Source of the DNA: Octopus sinensis
Taxonomy: Eukaryota
NCBI RefSeq assembly: GCF_006345805.1
Contig: NC_043013.1
Coordinates: forward strand, 42,408,001 to 42,472,000
DNA length: 64,000 nt
Direction of reading: 5' to 3'
Below, piece by piece: positions 55,391-64,000 of this stretch. How positions within the stretch are numbered: the stretch's first letter is position 1; every line of letters starts with the position of its first letter. Both the position numbers and the translations under genes were made by a program. The notes beneath the pieces were generated by a model. That model saw only the letters and a list, made by a program, of their open reading frames with translations, made no database searches and was not told the origin of the DNA.

Positions 55391-56071
55391 TTCTTCTGTT
55401 ATAACCTGGAGAATTATGATGAATTAGCAGGATCTGAGAACTGATCTTTGGTGAACTCCCACTTGTACACTGAATTCGTTGCTATACTCCTTGCCAACCC
55501 TCACCTTACTGACAGTGTCCCTGTACATGGTTTGTATGACTCTCACCAACCACTCGTCTATCCCTAGCTTCCCCATTGACCACCAGATTAGAGTGTGGCG
55601 AACCCTGTCAAGGCAGTACCTTGTGAACTCCTTAGATTACTGGTTCTTACTGGAGTAAATGTGCATGGCCTTATGGGTTGGGTGATGCATTCACACTTGC
55701 AAGACCATGGCTTTGATTGCCAGACTGGGCAGTGCATTATGTTCTAGAGCAAAATACTAAATTTCATGTACAGCTGTCCTAAACTGCACCCAAGGAAATG
55801 TCACCCAATTGATTTGCATGCTCTTCCTCACAACACACACATGCATAGTCCAATCTCTGGTACTCAAACATGCTGCTGTCTCTCTCTCATTCTCTCTCTC
55901 CATCTCTCCCCCCTCTCTCCTTCCTATCACTAACTATTGTAGGAACCTCTATTCTTTGGAAATTCTTTCCTTGCATATCTTTCTTGGTTATTGTTTTTCT
56001 TGCTAACTTACAACTGTTAAAGAGGAACTTTAATCTATTTGATCTCACCAATTACAGTGAACTTCTCTCTA

Positions 56072-56472
56072 AGGCGGTAAGCTGACAGAAACGTTAGCAC
56101 ATCGGGCAATATGCTGAGCAGTATTTCGTCTGCCGTTACATTCTGAGGTCGACTTTGCCTTTCATCCTTTCGGGGTCGATTAAATAAGTACCAGTTGCGC
56201 ACTGGGGTCGATATAATTGACATAATCCGTTTGTCTGTCCTTGTTTGTCTCTCTGTGTTTAGCCCCTTGTGGGTAGTAAAGAAATAGGTATTTTGTCTGC
56301 CACTATGTTCTGAGTTCAAATTCCACCAAGGTCGACTTTGCCTTTCATCCTTTCGGGGTCAATATATTAAGTACCAGTTGCGCACTGGGGTCGATGTAAT
56401 CGACTTAATCCCTTTGTCTGTCCTTGTTTGTCCCTTCTATGTTTAGCCCCTTGTGGGCAATAAAGAAATAAG
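56072..56472 (+). mobile_element. dimeric SINE family B
   Basis: Unit 1 plus truncated unit 2 joined at aaagaaatag|gtattt. Confidence 0.88.
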
Positions 56473-56746
56473 AAATAAGAAAAGAAAAAAGGAGGAAAAA
56501 GAGCCTTTCAACCTTTAAACTTTAGACAGTACCCAAATTCTTCCATGGTATCCAAGCAAATTCCTCCAAGAAATACCACCAAACGAACCACAAACACCTG
56601 GATATGTTTCAACTAACAGCAACCTCTCACTGGAGTAGGCTATGCTTCTCAAAAATATGAGCTATTTAATGAGACATGGCTTGGTGCAATGCTGACCAAA
56701 ACCTGTCCAAGTTATCTAATATGAAATGAGGGGCTAATATTTTTAA

Positions 56747-56961
56747 CCCTTTAGCATTTAAAATAGCCATATCTGGTCCAAATACCTGTTTTATTGTTTA
56801 AACCAATCTAATCTGACCTTTCACATCTACCCTACAATCATTCTAAAAATAAACAGTCACATCATCAAAATCCCAAAGCTATGATATAATGCATGATTCA
56901 TTCAAAATAATGTGAATAAATAAACATTACACTTGACTTCAGTAACCTGAATGCTAAAGAG
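56747..56961. mobile_element. piggyBac-like MITE
   Basis: TTAA|ccctttagcatt ... aatgctaaagag|TTAG (degenerate TTAA). Confidence 0.65.
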
Positions 56962-56993
56962 TTAGCCAAAAATTTGTGATTGACGAGAATGTT

Positions 56994-57408
56994 TACTCTT
57001 TTCTCTTTACTCTTTTACTTGTTTCAGTCATTTGACTGTGGCCATGCTGGAGCGCTGCCTTTAGTCGAGCAAATCGCCCCCAGGACTTATTCTTTGTAAG
57101 CCTAGTACTTATTCTATCGGTCTCTTTTGCCGAATCGCTAAGTTACGGGGGACGTAAACACACCAGCATCGGTTGTCAAGCAATGTTGGTGGGACAAACA
57201 CAGACACACAAACATATACACACACACATATATATATACATATATACAACGGGCTTCTTTCAGTTTCCGTCTACCAAATCCACTCACAAGGCTTTGGTCG
57301 ACCTGAGGTTATAGTAGAAGACACTTGCCCAAGGTACCACGCAGTGGGACAGAACCCAGAACCATGTGGTTGGTAAACAAGCTTCTTACCACACAGCCAC
57401 TCCTACGC
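56994..57408 (-). mobile_element. full-length SINE family A
   Basis: Reverse complement of family A. Confidence 0.9.
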
Positions 57409-57632
57409 TTTGTTATCTTAATGACTAAATCCAGTAGAGGAGATAATTCTATGGTTAAGAAGTTTGCTTTGTGACCATGTAGCATTGGGTTTGATTCCAC
57501 TGCATGGCACCTTGGACAAATGTCTTCTACTATCTTGGAGTGAAGGTTGGTAGATGGAATCTGTACAGAAGCTGGTTGTATGTGTATATGTGGGTTTGCC
57601 TCCATGTGTCTTGACATTGGTATCGCTTGAGC

Positions 57633-57959
57633 CTATGGTTCTACACCATTTTTTTGTCTATGGACTCTTTTGATTGCTATTTTATTCTAGTGGGTCCCCA
57701 GTGCCATTCAGTGTTTAAGAACTAGTCTTATAGAAACTTCTTTCAAAATTCCTATTTTGCTGTTCACACATTAACTTGTATAGTTTAAACTATTTAAAAC
57801 ATTAGAGAAAGAAACCTTGCTGTTTATTGCAATAAATATGTCTAAAACAAAAGTTTTTCGTGGACCCTTAAAATATTACTTTGGATACTCAATTTACTAT
57901 TTTGTGTACATGCCCCCCCCCCCACAAAATCTTATATGGAACCCAGTTGAGAACCTCTG
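57633..57959. mobile_element. possible hAT/Charlie-like MITE
   Basis: Degenerate TIR pair tggttctac.. / ..gttgagaacctctg. Confidence 0.4.
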
Positions 57960-58452
57960 GCTTAGGCAGTGGTGATATTTGCCTATGTCCACCATAAACG
58001 TCCTGCTCAGCATTTTGATGTACAAAAACCAAGTACTCTTACTTTTACAACAAGTAACGGTTGACTTTGAATAGGCGATCTACCCATTGAATACAACGTC
58101 AGTAAGTCTCATCCGACCCATACCAGCATGGAGAAAGTGGATGTGAAAACAATGATTATGCAGTAGAGAATGAATCTGATGTTAGGTGGGATGGTGACAT
58201 CTCAGGAACATATTGCGGTCTTACATAGCAAGGTCGATAAAAATCAATACCAGACTGAAATACATACTGATATTGATATGATTGACTTAAACCTGTGACG
58301 GCTGGGTCCCAGTGTGGCTGCTGGCCAATAAAACCAGCAGAAGATATTAAAAAAAAAATGGTGTGTGTGTCTGTCAGCTGCATCATTTTCTTGTTTCAAG
58401 TTGTTGTACTGCAGCCATGCTGGGGCAACATCTTAACAGAGTTGTTAGTCTA

Positions 58453-58933
58453 GGTGGCGAGCTGGCAGAAACGTTAGCAAGCCGGGCGAAATGCGTAGCC
58501 GTATTTCGTCTGCCGTTACGTTCTGAGTTCAAATTTCACCGAAGTCTACTTTGCCTTTCATCCTTTCAGAGTCGATTAAATAAGTACCAGTTACGCACTG
58601 GGGTTGATATAATCAACTTAATCCATTTGTCTGTCCTTGTTTGTCCTCCCTGTGTTTAGCTCCTTGTGGGTAGTAAAGAAATAGGTATTTCGTCTGCCAT
58701 TACGTTCTGACTTCAAATTCCGCCAAGGTCGACTTTGCCTTTCATCCTTCTGGGGTCGATAAATTAAGTACCAGTTACGCACTGGGGTCGATAAATTAAG
58801 TACCAGTTACACACTGGGGTCGATAAATTAAGTACCAGTTATGTACTGGGGTCAATCTAATCGACTTAATCCCTTTGTCTGTCCTTCTTTTTCCCCTCTA
58901 TGTTTAGCCCCTTGTGGGCAATAAAGAAATAAG
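58453..58933 (+). mobile_element. dimeric SINE family B with internal ~32 bp triplication
   Basis: Dimer junction at ~58684; ctggggtcgataaattaagtaccagtta.. repeated three times. Confidence 0.88.
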
Positions 58934-59091
58934 AGTTGTTAGTCTAAACAAATCACATCCAATCCACCCAGTACCGGTCTCTTTTGCTAAACTGCAAAGT
59001 TATGCGGGACATAAATGAACACTGATTATTGAACGGTGGGGAAGGGGATAAATACACATGCACATACGTACACACATACAATAAATACCTA

Positions 59092-59463
59092 CTGTGGTAA
59101 GAAGCTTGCTTCCCAACCATAAGGTTCCAGGTTCACTCCCACTGTGTGACACCTTGGGAGAGTGTCTTCTACTATAGCCTCGGGCCAACCAAAGCCTTGT
59201 GAGTGGATTTGGTAGACGGAAACTGAAAGAAGCCTGTCGTGTTTGTGTGTAGTGTCTGTGTTTGTTCCCCCATCAGTGCTTGACAACCAGTCTTGGTGTG
59301 TTTACGTCCCTGAAACTTAGCAGTTCAGCTATAGACACCAATAGAATAAGTACCAGGCTTGCAAAATAATTCCTGGGGTCGATTTCTTAGACTAAAACCC
59401 TTCAAGGCTGTGCTCCAGTATGACTACAGTCAAATGACTGGAACAAGTAAGAGAATAAAAGAA
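59092..59463 (+). mobile_element. SINE family A
   Basis: Head and tail present. Confidence 0.85.
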
Positions 59464-59582
59464 TATATATATAATTAATTAATTAATTAAAATCTTAGGA
59501 TAGCAAGAATATTTATTGAAAAAATTCTTAGTTACCAAGTGGTTTAGCGAGAAGGAAAAAATTAGTCAATAGACTATATATT

Positions 59583-59838
59583 ATTCAGAGAAGAATACAG
59601 TGTACGTTCAAACACAAAAGAGATACCCAAAGAATAGGATATCTGACTTGCTAGAAAGAGCAGTTAAACTCCAAACCATTAATTGGAGTTTAATTTATTT
59701 AATTTATTTTTATTTTTTAATCACTTTCGGAATTACAACAATTAGTGGCTTGGAGTTTAATTGCTCTTTCTAGTGAGTCAGATATCCTATTCTTTGGGTG
59801 TCTCTTTTGTGTTTGAATGTACACTGTATTCTTCTCTG

Positions 59839-59842
<4 letters not shown>
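59583..59842. repeat. palindrome, ~100 bp arms
   Basis: attcagagaagaatacagtgtac..aaactccaa / ttggagttt..gtacactgtattcttctctgaat. Confidence 0.92.
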
Positions 59843-59881
<39 letters not shown>

Positions 59882-60437
59882 AACATACATACATACACAT
59901 GACTGGCTTCCACACAGTTTCCATTTACCAAATTCACTCAAAGGGCATTGGTCGGTCTTGGAGCTATACAAGAAGACCCTTGCCCAAGATGCTGTGCAGT
60001 AGGACTGAACCAAGACCACACAGCTGCAAAGCATGCATCTTAACCACCACCACCAGAAAAAAAAATTGACTCTTACTGCCACTACAGCCTTGCTGTTGGC
60101 TGATTCTAACATATTTGTAATGTTTCAAGCAGAAGTAAGTTGTTTTGCAACTCAGCTGATTAAACCGGTTTCCATCATACCTCTACATTTCACCTGTCCG
60201 TCTAGACATATTTAAATGTACTTCTAGGTTGTAATTCTAATACTGATGGTGCTAGCCATCCATCTTTCCAACTTCATACCGACAGATTAGAATGGGTGGA
60301 TGGGTGGAATGGTAGGCAGGTAGGTAGGTTGGTTGGTTGGTTGATAGGTAAAATTTAGTGAGTGAGTCTTGCTGTTAGGAACACAGATGGATTAGACAGA
60401 AAGGTTAGATAGATAGATAGCTAGATAGATAGATAGA

Positions 60438-60838
60438 TCTCTCTATATATATAAAGCTGAAGTTGTCTGTGTGTGTGTGACAGGTTTGGTAGCCTTCAAC
60501 TAACATTATCTCCTCTGAAACCCTGCAGCGCAAGTTGACCAAAATTGAGATTATGATAGAAGAAGGCTTACTCTTCATTCCGTAGAAGAAAAAATTCAGA
60601 TAGGACCATGTTAACACCAAAATTTATTTACATCAAAAAGGTGCTTTTTTTTCTCTGAAAATCCCTATTTTTTAACGATTTTTTTTCACTGCTGTGTCGC
60701 CCATTTTCGGTGTATTTCAACCAGAAAATGTTCACTTAAAGAGAATATCAAGCTTCATAATGCAAATTTTTTACTCTTCAAAAATTCCAGTTCTAAAGGG
60801 TCGAAACAAACCCGAGCAACGCCGGGCAATACTGCTAG
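60438..60838 (+). mobile_element. non-autonomous Helitron
   Basis: A|TC 5' end, cccgagcaacgccggg hairpin, CTAG|T 3' end, within (GATA)n. Confidence 0.88.
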
Positions 60839-61600
60839 TAGATAGATAGATATGGTTGATAGGTCAAATGCATTATTGGTAGATTAGGTGGACTGATAAA
60901 CAGGCATATAAATTACATAGATAGATTGGATATATGAATAGATAGGTAAATAACTAGTAACTATATATATATGTGTGTGTGTGTGTGTGTACAAATACGT
61001 ACATATATATGTATGTATAATATAAATTATATATATATATATATATATGTATATAAACATACATACATACACATGACTGGCTTCCACACAGTTTCCATTT
61101 ACCAAATTCACTCAAAGGGCATTGGTCGGTCTTGGAGCTATACAAGAAGACCCTTGCCCAAGATGCTGTGCAGTAGGACTGAACCCAAGACCACACAGCT
61201 GCAAAGCATGCATCTTAACCACCACCACCAGAAAAAAAAATTGACTCTTACTGCCACTACAGCCTTGCTGTTGGCTGATTCTAACATATTTGTAATGTTT
61301 CAAGCAGAAGTAAGTTGTTTTGCAACTCAGCTGATTAAACCGGTTTCCATCATACCTCTACATTTCACCTGTCCGTCTAGACATATTTAAATGTACTTCT
61401 AGGTTGTAATTCTAATACTGATGGTGCTAGCCATCCATCTTTCCAACTTCATACCGACAGATTAGAATGGGTGGATGGGTGGAATGGTAGGCAGGTAGGT
61501 AGGTTGGTTGGTTGGTTGATAGGTAAAATTTAGTGAGTGAGTCTTGCTGTTAGGAACACAGATGGATTAGACAGAAAGGTTAGATAGATAGATAGATAGA

Positions 61601-62001
61601 TCTCTCTATATATATAAAGCTGAAGTTGTCTGTGTGTGTGTGACAGGTTTGGTAGCCTTCAACTAACATTATCTCCTCCGAAACCCTGCAGCGCAAGTTG
61701 ACCAAAATTGAGATTATGATAGAAGAAGGCTTACTCTTCATTCTGTAGAAGAAAAAATTCAGATAGGACCATGTTAACACCAAAATTTATTTACATCAAA
61801 AAGGTGCTTTTTTTTCTCTGAAAATCCCTATTTTTTAACGATTTTTTTTCACTGCTGTGTCGCCCATTTTCGGTGTATTTCAACCAGAAAATGTTCACTT
61901 AAAGAGAATATCAAGCTTCATAATGCAAATTTTTTACTTTTCAAAAATTCCAGTTCTAAAGGGTCGAAACAAACCCGAGCAACGCCGGGCAATACTGCTA
62001 G
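61601..62001 (+). mobile_element. non-autonomous Helitron (duplicate copy)
   Basis: Copy of 60438-60838 inside the tandem duplication. Confidence 0.88.
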
Positions 62002-62369
62002 TAGATAGATAGATATGGTTGATAGGTCAAATGCATTATTGGTAGATTAGGTGGACTGATAAACAGGCATATAAATTACATAGATAGATTGGATATATGA
62101 ATAGATAGGTAAATAACTAGTAACTATATATATATGTGTGTGTGTGTGTGTGTACAAATACGTACATATATATGTATGTATAATATAAATTATATATATA
62201 TATATATATACACATATACATATATATGCATATATGGGTATAGGACATCACCAACAGGAAATACGTAAACAAATTAATTAAATACGCAAATGAGAGAGAA
62301 AAAAGGACAAGTAATAAAAAGACTGACCCTTCATCAGTTGTCGGCTGTCTATCTACTCTCCATTTCAAG

Positions 62370-62408
<39 letters not shown>

Positions 62409-63334
62409 TATATATATATATGTATGTATATATACACACACACATATATGTATATACACAAACACACACACGCACATACATATAGAGAGTTACTAAGAAA
62501 ACTTCCTTATACGCACACATGCACACACACATACACATACATTACATATGAGAAGAGAAATAGGAAAAAAAAACAATACATGATGAGAATAGGAGTTGAA
62601 TAGAGTAAGGGACGTTGTGTTGTATAGCAAGAGAGAGAGAGAGAGAGAGAGAGAGATATGTAAAAAAAAAAGAATATAGATTAAATATAGAGAAATATAA
62701 CCATTTATAAATATGTGTGAGAGAGAAAGAGATGCCGGAGTAGTAAACCTCTCTTTTTTTCTCTCACTCCCCCTCTCTCTCTCTCTCTTTCTATTTCCCT
62801 CTCTCACTCTCTCAGAGGTTCCACTACACCCTAACAGACTTAACTATACTGCTGGCTCCCATTCCTATCTGACTACAAATATCATGTTTCTGCTGTAGAG
62901 TTTTGTTCTCTATCATATATTATATAATAACACTTACTGTATGGCTGAATGGTTAAGAATCTAACTTTTGCAATGAACTAGATACTGAGTTCAGTTCCAC
63001 CGCTTGGCATCTTGGGTCAGCGGTTTTGTTTTTAACCATGGACTCAGATCAACCCCTCCCACTTTTGTAAGTGGGTATTGCATTCACAGAAACTGCTCAG
63101 AAGTCTATCAAATGAGCTACAGCTATAATTTAAAGGTCTATCTAACCTTGTCACACACATTCATCGTGATGATTCTGTGTATATCTCAGCCACATGTCTG
63201 TGGAATACTCAGCCACATGTCTGTGAAATACTCAGCCACATGTACACTAGTTTAATTAGCAAGCAGATCAATTGATTAGACAACTGAATATTTATCACTG
63301 AAACTGACATCTATATACGTTGATGTATGTTTGC

Positions 63335-63374
<40 letters not shown>

Positions 63375-63379
63375 AGTGA

Positions 63380-63522
63380 AGGCATGGCTATGTTGTGAGA
63401 AGTTTACTTCTCAACCACATGGTTCTGGGTTCAGTCCCACTGCGTGGCACCTACTGGCGCCTCAGGAAAACCAAAGGCATGTGAGTAGATTTGGTAGATG
63501 GAAACTGAAAGAAGCCTTTCGT
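63380..63522 (+). mobile_element. SINE family A head
   Basis: ggttctgggttcagtcccactgcgtggcac..ggaaactgaaagaagcc. Confidence 0.8.
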
Positions 63523-63596
63523 AAATAGATACATACATACATACGTACATGCATAAATGCATACATAAATACATATCTTTGTGTCTGTATCTGCTT

Positions 63597-63788
63597 TAAG
63601 GATATTGCAAAAGGCCTGATTGGAGGCCCAACCTTCTAAGTTCTTTTATAGGACTTAGGAAAACTGAAGGACCACTGCAGTAAGTGTGTGACTCTGAGAG
63701 GAGAATATGTTGCATAGAGCCATAATTAGCTGATCTTCCTGTATTTTCTTTTATCCAAATCCAGGAACTTTTCAGCACCCACCTTGTA
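63597..63788 (+). mobile_element. mariner-derived MITE fragment (right TIR)
   Basis: Homologous to 13310-13430; ends ccaggaacttttcagcaccc..tg|TA. Confidence 0.75.
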
Positions 63789-64000
63789 TAATATACACTT
63801 TCCCGTCCATCATTTACAAGGTTTTCAGCAATGATCTCATGGATTTTACATAACCTACATAGTTTGAATCAGCAAATCAGCACAAAGGACCACTTGCACT
63901 TGAATTCTCCTCTGTCTCACCAATTCCATTGCTGTATGACATTCCTGCATTTGTATGCCGAATCACCATGAAGTGTTACCCCCAATACACACATCAGATT

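Larger units (their letters stand above)
59843..62210 (+). repeat. ~1.17 kb near-identical tandem duplication
   Basis: 59873-61030 repeated at 61047-62195 with a few SNPs/indels; breakpoints in (TA)n. Confidence 0.95.

Overview
AT-rich, microsatellite-saturated animal DNA. The repeat landscape (several tRNA-derived SINE families, very abundant (TA)n/(TACA)n/(CA)n/(GATA)n/(TAA)n) strongly resembles an Octopus/coleoid cephalopod genome; this is inference, no search was run. Almost all ORF-track entries are microsatellite or SINE artefacts. Supported content: many copies of three modular SINE families; decayed Tc1, DD37D/maT and mariner transposons and MITEs; a 5'-truncated CR1/L2-group LINE; R4/Dong-type RLE LINE fragments clustered in (TAA)n; RTE fragments; non-autonomous Helitrons; a tRNA-Asn pseudogene; a 100-N gap; and a ~1.17 kb tandem duplication. 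The only host-gene signal is a probable signal-peptide first coding exon (45414-45471) downstream of a GA-rich tract. Most notable: a dispersed family of hammerhead-ribozyme-like motifs and long fold-back palindromes (probably Penelope-like terminal repeats), a minisatellite born inside a mariner transposase HTH, a SINE and LINE sharing a co-varying 3' stem-loop, and a fixed dimeric SINE. No intact novel multi-gene system is supported.
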